Made by a program: the position numbers and the translations under genes. From assembly GCA_024405265.1 (NCBI GenBank), contig JAKSOZ010000003.1:17498-81497 (forward strand): 64,000 bases of DNA. Reading direction: 5' to 3'. The DNA is from Kiritimatiellia bacterium (GTDB taxonomy: Bacteria > Verrucomicrobiota > Kiritimatiellia > RFP12 > UBA1067). The first letter of the stretch is position 1. Every line of letters starts with the position of its first letter. Under the pieces are notes generated by a model. That model worked only from the letters and a program-made list of their open reading frames with translations. It made no database searches and had not been told where the DNA came from. Of this stretch, positions 1-9,449 are shown piece after piece.

Positions 1-3000
1 ATGAACTGAACACGGGCAAGCGAAAGCACCATACGAATATCTTCTTCGTGTCCATTGACCTTCGAAAGATCGCAGGCCTTCTTGATCGATTCTTCGGCTT
101 CGTCAAGATTGCGCTTCGCGTCCATCAACACCGAACCGAGCGTCTCCCAAGCGACATAAAGCTTAGGATTGGTCTTAACCGCCATACGCGCATAGCGCTC
201 GGCCTCATCAAAATTCTTTTTGCGACGATAGACTTCGGCGAGGTCGTTCATCGCCAATACCACCGGGCGCGTCGCATCCGCGCTACGGCGAAGGAACGCT
301 TCCGCTTCATCATAATTGCCGCGACGCAAGGCCAACGATCCCATCACGTAGTTCGCAAGCGGAGCGCGACGATTCTTGCGAAGAATATCTTTCGCATGCG
401 CTTCTGCGCTTTCGACATCATCGAGCGAGATATCAAGTCCGAGAACAAGATCCTGCGTCGCCGTGATATCGGGGCGAGATTTCGCAGCCGCGATAAACGC
501 GTCACGCGCTTCGCGGCGCTTCTCTTCGCCCTTACGCATAAGGAGGAACGCTTTCGTCGTCTGAACATAGTAATCGTAAGCATCGCGAGACTGCCCCTCC
601 ATCGCAGGAAGAATCGAGTTCTCAAGCTCCTTCTCCAGCGCCGTCTTGGCGGCTTTATCCTTCGCGCTATCACACTGCTGCATCGTAACCGCGGCAAGAA
701 GGCTCCACGCCTGCATATCCTGAGGATTTTCGCGAGTCACTTCGCTAAGAATACGCTTGGCTTCGTCAAGCTGGTTCTTCATCAAGGCAACCATCGAAAG
801 TTCGATCTTCGCGCGAGCACCTTCTCCGACCTTCGCGGCACGCTCTAGATATTGAAGCGCTTTCTGACTGTCACCTTCAATAAGCTCAAGGCGCATAAGG
901 CCGATCAAGGCGTCGTGGTCGTCGGCGTTATTCGCCAAAACCTGTTCGTAAACCTGACGCGACTTACGAGTATTGTCGTCGTTGGCATACAACGCAGCCA
1001 TCATATTCATAATCGCGCCACGACGATCCGAGGGGACGAATTCGATCGCGCGACGAATTTGCGACAGCGCGTCACCGGGGCGCCCGGAACGAGCCCAAGT
1101 AAAACCGAGGCGAATGAAAATCTCAGGGGAACGAATATACCCGTAATAGTTGCCGAGGCGATAAACGTAATAGCGGCGATCCTTGTCGGCGATAATACCC
1201 TTAAGCTCCTTTTCCAACTGCTGACGCTTCGCCGCGGCCTCGGAATAACCGACGCGCGCCATTTCGAATTCGTTGAAGAGCGCGCAGACGTTATCGGCGT
1301 CAATCTCGTTCATTACAAGCTCATAAAACTTGAAAGCGTTCACGTTGTCGGCCTTATCCTGAAGATATACGCCGCGATTGTTGGCGACGAATCCGAGGTG
1401 GCGACGAATGTTAAGACGCATGCGGTCCACGGGGTTCTTGACGCGGTGGAGACGATAGCTTCCCCAGCCCTTCGGAGCTTTTAAGATCGTATCGAACTCC
1501 TTCCAACAACTCCAATCGCACTGAATAGTTTCTTTCGCGCCGAAGAACGCGAACTCAGGAACGGACTTGAAACCGGCCGAATACCAAAGATCCGGAGCTC
1601 CGTAAATAGCCACATGGTCAGCGACATTGGGATCCGCGGCGAACCAATCTTGAACAAACGGCAACACACCGAGCGAGAGCGATAAAACCAGCTCCTCATT
1701 CTTCGATCCTCCGAGATTCTTCGCCTTAACAAGTTCGGATAGATGCTTCAAATAAAGGTCATCAAGGTCGCGATTAAGGCAAATGAGATTAAGTTCCTTG
1801 CCGCGAGATTTCGCTTTTAGGCGAAGATGGTCATCAAGAGTTCCATCGGAAACGAACCACGTTCTATCGCCGAGATCGTCAAGAATCTTGTCGGCCATTT
1901 TATCGGCGAAATCGCCCTTCGCGCCATCAAAGGAGAAAAGCTGAATTATTAGCGTAATCGTTATCACAACGGCATAAACGCCTCCGGAAACCATCGCGAC
2001 GAGCTTACCCTTAGTAGCAACCGAAACCGTATCCTGACTTTCGTTTTTACGCGTCGGCGCGACATACAAAAGCGCCCAATAAGAAGCTACATAGCCCGCG
2101 ACAAAAGCGGCGAACGCACTCGTTACGACCGGGAGAACACCGAAGGGCTCAAGATAAGCGCTGGGAGCAAAAGGAGTCGAAATGGCGACGATCGAAAGAA
2201 TCGTCATGCAGATATGGAAGAACCACTGCGTGAACTTGCTCTCCTCGTTATACGCGTTATAGCTCGAGAAAAGCGCCACCACGAACGGAAGCGTCGAAAC
2301 GACGGCAACGGCGAGCCAACCTTCGGAAGTGAAGTAGCCCTTGAATTCCTTCGCTATATCACGGGCGAAAACGAGGAAATCTCCGACGTTATTCCCGGCG
2401 AAAATCGAAAACGCCAGCAAATAAGACATTATGAACAGGAAGATATCAAGATAGGGTTTCTTACCGCGCTTCAAATCAACTACGGCGACAGCAACGATAT
2501 AAAGCGGAATAAGCGCAATGAACAGCGCGGAATCGGCAAGGCCGAGGCCCGAGAGAGCACCGATCAAAAGCGCGAATAGCGGCGTGAACTTCTTCGACAA
2601 ACGAGAAGCCGGAATCATGAGCGAAGCGATGACGAGAGCCCAAGCCGCGTCGAACATTCTCGCGGAAAGATGAGTCGCAGCTCCGCGAACCGCTGGCGTC
2701 AACATGAAGACCACTGCCGCGACGACACCGGCGAATCGGCTGGCCGGGACTGACCACTTTTCAACCATTTCTCCGCCGATACGCTCTCTTACGAAGAACG
2801 AAACGAGGTGATAGAGCGTAATGACCGCAACGACACCGATAACAGGCGAGATAATATCGAAGCCCAAGAAACGAGTGAAGATTTCCATTAGCGGGCTCGG
2901 ATTCACATTCGCGATATCGAGCTTGGACCAAAGAACTTGAAGCCTCGCAGCCTCGCCGGGGAAAACGTAATTCGCCATCGACGCGAAATAAAGAATCGCA

Positions 3001-3071
3001 GCCAAGACTCCAAGTCCTGCCGCGATAATCCAATCGGTCGATCTTCCAACGACTTTTTTGAACTTCTTCAT
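1..3071 (-). CDS. Multi-pass membrane protein with C-terminal TPR repeats (DUF2723/PMT-like, tentative); 3-prime end runs off the window
   Basis: Absent from the ORF track because it has no stop in the window. Manual translation from ATG 3071..3069 (MKKFKKVVGRSTDWIIAAGLGVLAAILYF...) stays open to position 1. N-terminal half is hydrophobic helices and the C-terminal half is TPR-like. GGGAGAG SD lies upstream. Confidence 0.75.
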   Translation of the reverse strand, partial: MKKFKKVVGRSTDWIIAAGLGVLAAILYFASMANYVFPGEAARLQVLWSKLDIANVNPSPLMEIFTRFLGFDIISPVIGVVAVITLYHLVSFFVRERIGGEMVEKWSVPASRFAGVVAAVVFMLTPAVRGAATHLSARMFDAAWALVIASLMIPASRLSKKFTPLFALLIGALSGLGLADSALFIALIPLYIVAVAVVDLKRGKKPYLDIFLFIMSYLLAFSIFAGNNVGDFLVFARDIAKEFKGYFTSEGWLAVAVVSTLPFVVALFSSYNAYNEESKFTQWFFHICMTILSIVAISTPFAPSAYLEPFGVLPVVTSAFAAFVAGYVASYWALLYVAPTRKNESQDTVSVATKGKLVAMVSGGVYAVVITITLIIQLFSFDGAKGDFADKMADKILDDLGDRTWFVSDGTLDDHLRLKAKSRGKELNLICLNRDLDDLYLKHLSELVKAKNLGGSKNEELVLSLSLGVLPFVQDWFAADPNVADHVAIYGAPDLWYSAGFKSVPEFAFFGAKETIQCDWSCWKEFDTILKAPKGWGSYRLHRVKNPVDRMRLNIRRHLGFVANNRGVYLQDKADNVNAFKFYELVMNEIDADNVCALFNEFEMARVGYSEAAAKRQQLEKELKGIIADKDRRYYVYRLGNYYGYIRSPEIFIRLGFTWARSGRPGDALSQIRRAIEFVPSDRRGAIMNMMAALYANDDNTRKSRQVYEQVLANNADDHDALIGLMRLELIEGDSQKALQYLERAAKVGEGARAKIELSMVALMKNQLDEAKRILSEVTRENPQDMQAWSLLAAVTMQQCDSAKDKAAKTALEKELENSILPAMEGQSRDAYDYYVQTTKAFLLMRKGEEKRREARDAFIAAAKSRPDITATQDLVLGLDISLDDVESAEAHAKDILRKNRRAPLANYVMGSLALRRGNYDEAEAFLRRSADATRPVVLAMNDLAEVYRRKKNFDEAERYARMAVKTNPKLYVAWETLGSVLMDAKRNLDEAEESIKKACDLSKVNGHEEDIRMVLSLARVQF

Positions 3072-3092
3072 ATCTTCTCTCCCTATGTCACT

Positions 3093-3839
3093 TTAAATGC
3101 TGCGAATTTCCGGAGCCGGAGGCTTGTTATAAACTCGAGAATTCGGCGGAACCGATTCCATCAACCAAACGTTTCCGCCGATTTCACTTCCCTTGCCGAT
3201 CGTCGTCTCGCCTCCGAGGATCGTGGCCCCGGAGTAAATCACGACATTATCTTCGACATTCGGATGGCGCTTTATACCTTTGATAAGCGCTCCGGTTTCG
3301 GGATCTTTAACGAAGCTCTTGGCACCGAGGGTAACGCCTTGATATAGCTTAACATTCTTTCCTATCACACAAGTCTCGCCGATGACGACACCGGTTCCGT
3401 GGTCAATGAAGAAATGTTCTCCGATAGCCGCGCCGGGATGAATATCGATACCTGTCTTGGAATGCGCGAGCTCGCTCATTATGCGAGGTATGATCGGCAC
3501 CTTCAAGAGATAGAGTTCATGAGCGATTCGATGAATCGTTACCGCCAAAAGGCCGGGATAGGCCATAACGATCTCCATGCGACTCGTCGCCGCGGGGTCT
3601 CCCTCGTAGGCCGCATCGATATCGGTTTCCACGAGACGTCGAATGTTCGCGAAGGATTTGACGAATTCCGTTTTCGCCGCCTTCGCCTTTTCAGCCCCGA
3701 TCAAAAACGCGATATCTTTTTCCAAATCTTCGACGATCTTTCCCAGACTGTCTTTCGAGCCGAGCTCCCCGTAAGCGCAAGGATGCAATAATGCAAGAAA
3801 ACGCTTGATCACGGTTCTTATACGTTCGGGAAGCGTCAT
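3093..3839 (-). CDS. cysE: Serine O-acetyltransferase
   Basis: 248 aa. Hexapeptide core [41 protein letters not shown] is typical of serine acetyltransferase. ATGA start/stop overlap with metX. Confidence 0.9.
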   Translation of the reverse strand: MTLPERIRTVIKRFLALLHPCAYGELGSKDSLGKIVEDLEKDIAFLIGAEKAKAAKTEFVKSFANIRRLVETDIDAAYEGDPAATSRMEIVMAYPGLLAVTIHRIAHELYLLKVPIIPRIMSELAHSKTGIDIHPGAAIGEHFFIDHGTGVVIGETCVIGKNVKLYQGVTLGAKSFVKDPETGALIKGIKRHPNVEDNVVIYSGATILGGETTIGKGSEIGGNVWLMESVPPNSRVYNKPPAPEIRSI

Positions 3840-4840
3840 TTTAGAAATTCTCCAATGTATCTCGCGAGATCTTCAGGATGAGTCAAGAACTGATCGTGCC
3901 CGGAGCCGGTCGAAACGTGGTGATATTCAACGTCCTTCCCGCTCGCTCTCAAAGCTTCGTAAATCGCTTTCGACTGTTCTTCCGTAAAAAGGACGTCCTC
4001 ATCAAGCGAGAACACGCGCACTTTCGCCGCCACATTCGCCATCGCTTTTTCAAGCGAACCGAATTCCTTCGCAACATCGAAACGGTCCATCGCGTCGACT
4101 ATGTGAAGATAGCTGTTCGCGTCAAAGCGACCCACAAACTTCTTGCCCTGATACTGAAAATAGCTCTCGACTTGATAATCTTCACCGAAGGGAAGCGGAT
4201 TTACCCAGTTTTCCTGTTTCTCGCGATGGAATTTGTTCTCCAAATAATCGCGCGAAAGATAGGTGATATGAGCGATCTGCCGCGCAACGGAAAGGCCTTC
4301 CTTCGGCCCCTTCCCGTCCCCGATTTCGTAGTAATCGCCTCCATGATACTCCGGGTCGTTGACGATAACGCGCTTCTGCAGCGCATCATAGGCGAGAGCC
4401 TGAGTATTCATCGACGCCGAGGCTCCGATTATCACCGCGCGTTCCATCTCGTTCGGATAGCGGCACATCCACTCGACGACCTGCATACCTCCGTAGCTCC
4501 CGCCAACGAGCGCGTAAAGCTTGCCTACTCCGATCGTCTTCAGAAAAAGCCGGAAAACGTCGACCGCATCCGACATCGCATACTTCGGAAACTTAGAGCC
4601 ATAAGGTTTACCGGTATCGGGATTGATAGACGCAGGACCGGTCGTCCCCATGCAGCCGCCTAGCACGTTCGCACAAACGATATGAAAACGATTCAAATCG
4701 AAAGTCTTCCCCTCGCCTACCATCTTCGGCCACCACTCAGCGACTTTTGAGTCACCCGTAAGCGCATGGCAGATATAGATGACATTATCGCCAGTATTTT
4801 CGGCGCCGTATTCGTTATACGCGACCGTAATCTCCTTCAA
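3836..4840 (-). CDS. metX: Homoserine O-acetyltransferase (MetX family); start uncertain
   Basis: Alpha/beta hydrolase with [14 protein letters not shown] and nucleophile elbow [12 protein letters not shown]. The ORF-track start (4990) reads straight through tRNA-Leu. The first canonical start after the tRNA is TTG at 4840. The conserved N-terminal strand VSLPLPEGG begins right at the tRNA 3-prime end. Confidence 0.8.
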   Translation of the reverse strand: MKEITVAYNEYGAENTGDNVIYICHALTGDSKVAEWWPKMVGEGKTFDLNRFHIVCANVLGGCMGTTGPASINPDTGKPYGSKFPKYAMSDAVDVFRLFLKTIGVGKLYALVGGSYGGMQVVEWMCRYPNEMERAVIIGASASMNTQALAYDALQKRVIVNDPEYHGGDYYEIGDGKGPKEGLSVARQIAHITYLSRDYLENKFHREKQENWVNPLPFGEDYQVESYFQYQGKKFVGRFDANSYLHIVDAMDRFDVAKEFGSLEKAMANVAAKVRVFSLDEDVLFTEEQSKAIYEALRASGKDVEYHHVSTGSGHDQFLTHPEDLARYIGEFLK

Positions 4841-4893
4841 GACTCCACCCCATACCTTGAGGCCGCCCTCCGGAAGCGGAAGCGAAACGTACT

Positions 4894-4977
4894 TGGTGCA
4901 TCCGGTGGGACTCGAACCCACATGCCTTTCGGCACCGGAACCTAAATCCGGCGTGTCTGCCATTTCACCACGGATGC
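4894..4977 (-). tRNA. tRNA-Leu (anticodon UAG), CCA encoded
   Basis: Hand-folded 84-nt cloverleaf. Acceptor GCATCCG/CGGATGC; D stem GTG/CAC; anticodon stem CCGGA/TCCGG with loop TTTAGGT; long variable arm TGCC-GAAA-GGCA; T arm GTGGG-TTCGAGT-CCCAC; discriminator A plus CCA. Confidence 0.93.
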
Positions 4978-4986
4978 ATGAATCGC

Positions 4987-6180
4987 TCATTTACCAAGCT
5001 TTTCCTTATGCGAGAAGAAGACTTTGGTCTTGCGCGCGAAATCTTCCTGTTCGGGGAACGTCCCGCCCTTAACGGAGGAGGCGAATTCCTCCAAAATCTT
5101 AATTTGCTTCTTGTCAAGATTCGTAGGAACCTCGAAAACGATACGAGCGTCGAGATCACCGGCAACTCCGCCACGAAGCGAAGTCACACCCTTGCCGCGA
5201 AGACGGAATACCTTTCCGTTAGCGGTTCCGGCGGGGATTTTCAAAGTCGCTTCTCCCTGCGGTGTAGGGATCGAAACCGAGCCTCCGAGCGCGGCGGTTA
5301 TAGGCGAAATCGGAACATCGACGCCCAAATCGAGCCCGTCACGTTCGAAAATCTCGCTTTCCTTAACGCCGAGAATGACGTACAAATCGCCGTTCTCGCC
5401 GCCGCGGACACCTCCGCCGCCCTTCCCGGCCAAGCGAAGTCTCGAACCCGTGTCGACACCAGCGGGAATCTTGAGCTTGATTTTCTGATCCTTGGCGACC
5501 TGCCCGGAACCGTGGCACTTTCTACATGGTTTATCGATCTTCGTGCCTTCGCCTCCGCAGTGGGGGCAAGTCTGCCGAACTTGGAAGAAACCGGAGCCGC
5601 CGATAACCACGCCAGAGCCCCCGCAGGTTTTGCAGGTAACGCGTTGAGCTCCCGGCGCGAGTCCCGTCCCCTTGCACTCATCGCACTGAGACGGAAGCGT
5701 AAGTTCGATATCGCGCTCACTACCGAAAATGGCTTCATCGAAATCGATATCAAGACGAAACGTCATGTCCTCGCCGCGCTTGGGCGCGTTCGGATCGACT
5801 CGACGCTGACGACGCGCGCCTCCGAAGAAATCTCCGAAGCCGCCGAAGCTTCCACCTCCGCCACCTCCGAAGATAGAGCCTAAGATATCGCCTAAATCGA
5901 CGTCTTGGAAATGCGAGAAATCACGTCCGAAATCGAAGCCGCCGGGCCCGAAATTGACACCTTGATGACCGAACTGGTCATAGCGCTGACGCTTCTCCGC
6001 GTTAGAGAGGACTTCATACGCCTCGGAAATCTCGCTGAACTTCTCCTTCGCCTCGGGATTGTCGGGGTTACGGTCAGGATGGTACTTCATCGCGAGCTTA
6101 CGATAAGCGGACTTGATTTGATCCGCCGTCGCTGAACGCTCCACGCCGAGCACTTCGTAATAATCTCTCTTCTCTGCCAT
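4987..6180 (-). CDS. dnaJ: Molecular chaperone DnaJ
   Basis: J domain [35 protein letters not shown]-rich linker, and four CxxCxGxG zinc-finger motifs. Confidence 0.97.
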   Translation of the reverse strand: MAEKRDYYEVLGVERSATADQIKSAYRKLAMKYHPDRNPDNPEAKEKFSEISEAYEVLSNAEKRQRYDQFGHQGVNFGPGGFDFGRDFSHFQDVDLGDILGSIFGGGGGGSFGGFGDFFGGARRQRRVDPNAPKRGEDMTFRLDIDFDEAIFGSERDIELTLPSQCDECKGTGLAPGAQRVTCKTCGGSGVVIGGSGFFQVRQTCPHCGGEGTKIDKPCRKCHGSGQVAKDQKIKLKIPAGVDTGSRLRLAGKGGGGVRGGENGDLYVILGVKESEIFERDGLDLGVDVPISPITAALGGSVSIPTPQGEATLKIPAGTANGKVFRLRGKGVTSLRGGVAGDLDARIVFEVPTNLDKKQIKILEEFASSVKGGTFPEQEDFARKTKVFFSHKEKLGK

Positions 6181-6209
6181 AACTTTACTTGAACCTTAAA
6201 CTTTTTCTC

Positions 6210-6737
6210 TTACGCGCTTTTACCGGCCGAAACGACGACCTGCGCGGCTCTAAGGACCTTGCCCTTCAGCGTCCAGCCCTTCTTGGACTCGATCGAAACC
6301 TTGCCCTCTTCCACTTCCTCCGAAGGAAGCGTAGCGATAGCTTCCATCTTTTCCGTATCGAGCTCGAGCCCGACCGAATCGAACGGCTTCGCATCATGGC
6401 CTTCAAGCGCTTTAAGAAGATTATCGTAGACGAGCTTAACGCCCTGAACGAATTTATCTTCTTTATCCTCGGCCTTCTCAAGCGCGAGACCTAAGTTATC
6501 AACCGTCGGAAGAATATCCTTCAAGATGTCGCTTTCGGCATAACGATAGACGTCCTCGCGATCACGCGCCGCGCGCTTCTTATAGTTATCGAAGTCAGCG
6601 AGCGTAATAGCATACAAGGTCTTCCAATCCGGGTCGGTCGGCTTTTCCGGTTCAGCGGCCTTTTCAGGTTCCTGAGCCGTCGACTCTTGACCTTCAACCT
6701 TAACCTCGGTCTCTTCTTTCTTCTCTTCTTCTGCCAT
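6210..6737 (-). CDS. grpE: Nucleotide exchange factor GrpE
   Basis: Acidic N-terminus MAEEEKKEETE... followed by GrpE-like DFDNYKKRAARDRED. Start moved to the internal ATG at 6737 because the track start (6863) overlaps argG by 92 nt. Confidence 0.88.
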   Translation of the reverse strand: MAEEEKKEETEVKVEGQESTAQEPEKAAEPEKPTDPDWKTLYAITLADFDNYKKRAARDREDVYRYAESDILKDILPTVDNLGLALEKAEDKEDKFVQGVKLVYDNLLKALEGHDAKPFDSVGLELDTEKMEAIATLPSEEVEEGKVSIESKKGWTLKGKVLRAAQVVVSAGKSA

Positions 6738-6771
6738 CTTTCTACACCTACAACCTACACCTTCACCTGAA

Positions 6772-8004
6772 TCAGGCCTTGATTTGGCCTGCCTTGGCGA
6801 GCATTTTCGCTTCAACCGACTGAATTTCGGCAAAGCCCTGAGAGCTATGCGGATTAAGTCCATTCGACGCCTCCATCGAGCTATCGGCTTCGTTGTAAAT
6901 GGTCGCCTTAAGACCAGTCATCAATTCGAAGAAGATATTGCCCTTGTAGAGCCCGAGCGTCACTTCCGCCGTCGCCTTATCAGCCCAAACCTGAATCGCG
7001 GCGCGAGCGGCCTGAGTCGCAGGATCGAACCAACGGCCATCATAAATCTGGTCGGAGACGAGCTGGGAAAGTTCCTTGAAGAGCTTCGTCGAGCGGCGAT
7101 CCATAAGACCTTCGTAGATATATTTAAGGCCCCACGAAAGGACTTCCATACCGGGAGCTTCATAAACGCCGCGGCTCTTCGTACCGATGATGCGGTTTTC
7201 GAGCGCGTGCTTCATGCCGATACCATTGCGACCACCGATCTTGTTGGCTTCGAGCATCACTTCATAGGGTGTCAGCTTCTTGCCGTTAATCGCGACGCAG
7301 CGGCCCTTCTCGAACTTGAGCGTGATCTTCTCAACCTTTGCAGGCGCCTTCTCTGGCCAAACACCCATCGTGGGCTTCACGATACGCATCGAAGTCTCCA
7401 TCGACTCGAGATCTTCCGCTTCATGCGAGAGGCCCGCGAGGTTCGCATCGGTCGAATATTTCTTCTTGGTGCCGACGAAAGCGACAATGCCGCGCTCGGC
7501 GAGGAAGTCGACCATCTGCGTGCGGCCGGGGAACTTCTTGAGAAGATCCGCGTCGCGCCAGGGCGCATAAACGCCGAACTTGGGATCGATGACGTTCGTA
7601 TAGCGTTCGAAGCGCATCTGGTCATTGCCACGGCCCGTCGCGCCATGAACAAGAACGGTGCAGCCCGCCTTCTTCATCGCAGGAAGGAGCTTCTGGACGG
7701 TAACCGCGCGAGCAATACCCGTCGAATTCCAATATCCTCCGTCATACATCGCTTGGCACTTAACGGTCTCGAAGCAGATTTCGGCCATTTCCTTCGTGAC
7801 GTCGACAATGGTCGTCTCGACGCCGGTCGGAGCCATCTTCTTCGCGATATCATTGATATCCTTTTCATCGGGCTGGCCGACATTCGCGGAGAACGCCTTT
7901 ACCTTAACGCCCGCGTCCTTCAAAACGCAGCAAATCGTCTTCGAGTCAAGACCGCCCGAAACGCAAACGCCAACGGTCTTACCCTGCAAATCTTCAAGTT
8001 TCAT
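6772..8004 (-). CDS. argG: Argininosuccinate synthase
   Basis: 410 aa. N-terminal ATP-PPase motif VGVCVSGGLDSKT and length fit ArgG. GGGAGG SD upstream. Confidence 0.93.
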   Translation of the reverse strand: MKLEDLQGKTVGVCVSGGLDSKTICCVLKDAGVKVKAFSANVGQPDEKDINDIAKKMAPTGVETTIVDVTKEMAEICFETVKCQAMYDGGYWNSTGIARAVTVQKLLPAMKKAGCTVLVHGATGRGNDQMRFERYTNVIDPKFGVYAPWRDADLLKKFPGRTQMVDFLAERGIVAFVGTKKKYSTDANLAGLSHEAEDLESMETSMRIVKPTMGVWPEKAPAKVEKITLKFEKGRCVAINGKKLTPYEVMLEANKIGGRNGIGMKHALENRIIGTKSRGVYEAPGMEVLSWGLKYIYEGLMDRRSTKLFKELSQLVSDQIYDGRWFDPATQAARAAIQVWADKATAEVTLGLYKGNIFFELMTGLKATIYNEADSSMEASNGLNPHSSQGFAEIQSVEAKMLAKAGQIKA

Positions 8005-8040
8005 AAGACTATAACCTCCCTATTCTGAAATTGTTGAGAT

Positions 8041-8049
8041 ATTATATCA
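8041..8049 (-). promoter_or_regulatory. Putative extended -10 promoter (TGATATAAT) for argG
   Basis: Minus-strand TGATATAAT in the 62-nt gap upstream of argG. TTGAGT lies about 18 nt upstream as a possible -35. Predicted leader is about 30 nt and contains the SD. Confidence 0.5.
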
Positions 8050-8066
8050 TATTTCCCCGTATTAAC

Positions 8067-9449
8067 TCAATATGCGCCCTTCATGAACAAAACCGAGGAA
8101 ACCGTACGGACCATTACCCAGATATCCATCCAAGGCGACCAATTGAGGATATAATAAACGTCGAGCGCGACGCGACTCGTATAGCTCGTATTCGATCTTC
8201 CCGAACATTGCCAAAGTCCGGTGATGCCCGGTCGAACACGCGAGAAGACTTCATAATCCTCACCATAATACTTCTTTTCTTCTTCGACGATTGGACGCGG
8301 CCCGATCAGCGACATCTCGCCGCAGAAAACGTTGAAAAGCTGAGGAATCTCGTCCAACGAGGTCTTTCTCATGAACCGTCCAAGCGGTGTCACGCGAGGA
8401 TCGTTCTTGATTTTGAAGCGAGCATTCCACTGGGCTCTCATCTTCGGATCTTGCTCTATCAAGGTTTTAAGACGCTCTTCGGCGTCCGCATACATCGTAC
8501 GGAATTTAAGGACCTTGAAAGGACGTCCGCTCTTACCTAAACGATCGGCGCGATAGAAAACGGGGCCTTTACTCGTGAGCTTGATTAAAAGCGGCAGAAT
8601 CAAGAAAAGCGGTGACGAAAGAATCAGCGCAATCGAGGAAAAGAGAAAATCGAGCAACTTCTTCTCCCACCTGAGCGCACGCATGCGTCCCTGATTCATC
8701 ATCTCCAAGCCTCCGATACCGTCGAGCGAAATCGCATGCGAGCCGATAATCGGGAAAACTTCAAGGCGCGGCAAATATTCGATGTAGTCGAACCAAGCCG
8801 AGAATTCGCGAAGCTGCGCCCTGAAAAAGCGCTCATCCTGACAGGCGAGCAATATCTTAATCCCCTGCTTCTGCGAGGAAGGGACGACTTCTCTTAAATG
8901 CGCATGATCGAATTTACGAACAATATCGAAACCGATATACGCGTTCCTACCTAAAATCGCTTCGACGCGACGCGCCGTCTCGCCTTCGCCCGCCAACGCC
9001 ACAGGGATTTGGCAAAGATTGAACCTGAAGAGAATTTGACGAACGAGATTTCTGAGCGACTGCGCAAGAAAGCCGACCGCGAGACCGGAAACGACGATTA
9101 CCAACCGCGAATAATCGGTATTGTGCCGCGCGAAACCCAAAAACGCCATCAAGAGAACATGCGAAAAAATCGCCGAGGCGATCAACCGCCTGAACTCCTC
9201 GACCGGCGAAAGCGGCATCGCGGGATACATGAAGTTCCCCTGATACGTTCTGGTAACGACGTTGAAGCCGAGATAAATCGGCAGGAGCGGCCAAAGATTC
9301 CAGTAATCCGACGCACCATAGCCTTCGAAGCCGAAAAACCGAGAATAAATCGCAACTATTACCGCCCAGATAGACACGAGCGCAATCGCATCGACAATCA
9401 TCAACGCGAGGACGCGGCAATTTCCGGAAACTCTCTTGAAAATCGTCAT
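8067..9449 (-). CDS. Polyprenyl-phosphate sugar phosphotransferase (WbaP/bacterial sugar transferase family)
   Basis: 460 aa. N-terminal TM helices. C-terminal domain KVLKFRTMYADAEERL...PRVTPLGRFMRKTSLDEIPQLFNVFCGEMSLIGPRP is the bacterial sugar transferase signature. Confidence 0.9.
   Translation of the reverse strand: MTIFKRVSGNCRVLALMIVDAIALVSIWAVIVAIYSRFFGFEGYGASDYWNLWPLLPIYLGFNVVTRTYQGNFMYPAMPLSPVEEFRRLIASAIFSHVLLMAFLGFARHNTDYSRLVIVVSGLAVGFLAQSLRNLVRQILFRFNLCQIPVALAGEGETARRVEAILGRNAYIGFDIVRKFDHAHLREVVPSSQKQGIKILLACQDERFFRAQLREFSAWFDYIEYLPRLEVFPIIGSHAISLDGIGGLEMMNQGRMRALRWEKKLLDFLFSSIALILSSPLFLILPLLIKLTSKGPVFYRADRLGKSGRPFKVLKFRTMYADAEERLKTLIEQDPKMRAQWNARFKIKNDPRVTPLGRFMRKTSLDEIPQLFNVFCGEMSLIGPRPIVEEEKKYYGEDYEVFSRVRPGITGLWQCSGRSNTSYTSRVALDVYYILNWSPWMDIWVMVRTVSSVLFMKGAY

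Noticed and set aside
48-1484. Plus-strand ORFs 48..848 (266 aa) and 852..1484 (210 aa)
   Set aside because: They are Arg/Leu-rich and low-complexity with no recognisable motifs. They lie antisense to a continuous minus-strand frame that encodes a coherent membrane plus TPR protein, so they are shadow ORFs.
6181-6790. Looked for an HrcA CIRCE operator (TTAGCACTC-N9-GAGTGCTAA) upstream of grpE and dnaJ
   Set aside because: No such inverted repeat is present in the short gaps at 6181-6209 or 6738-6771.
6738-6863. N-terminal extensions of track ORFs: grpE 6738-6863, GT2 12624-12743, ribBA 30283-30450, dxs 52773-52865, 55203-gene 56028-56111, 10996-gene 11596-11634, ispD 25631-25651
   Set aside because: Each extension overlaps the upstream gene, is R-rich and non-conserved-looking, and precedes an internal ATG. 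That ATG gives the canonical family N-terminus or a signal peptide, often with ATGA coupling or an SD.
6784-8028. 414-aa plus-strand ORF
   Set aside because: It is exactly antisense to argG, which has unmistakable family motifs. The plus-strand translation is R/L-rich with no domain features.
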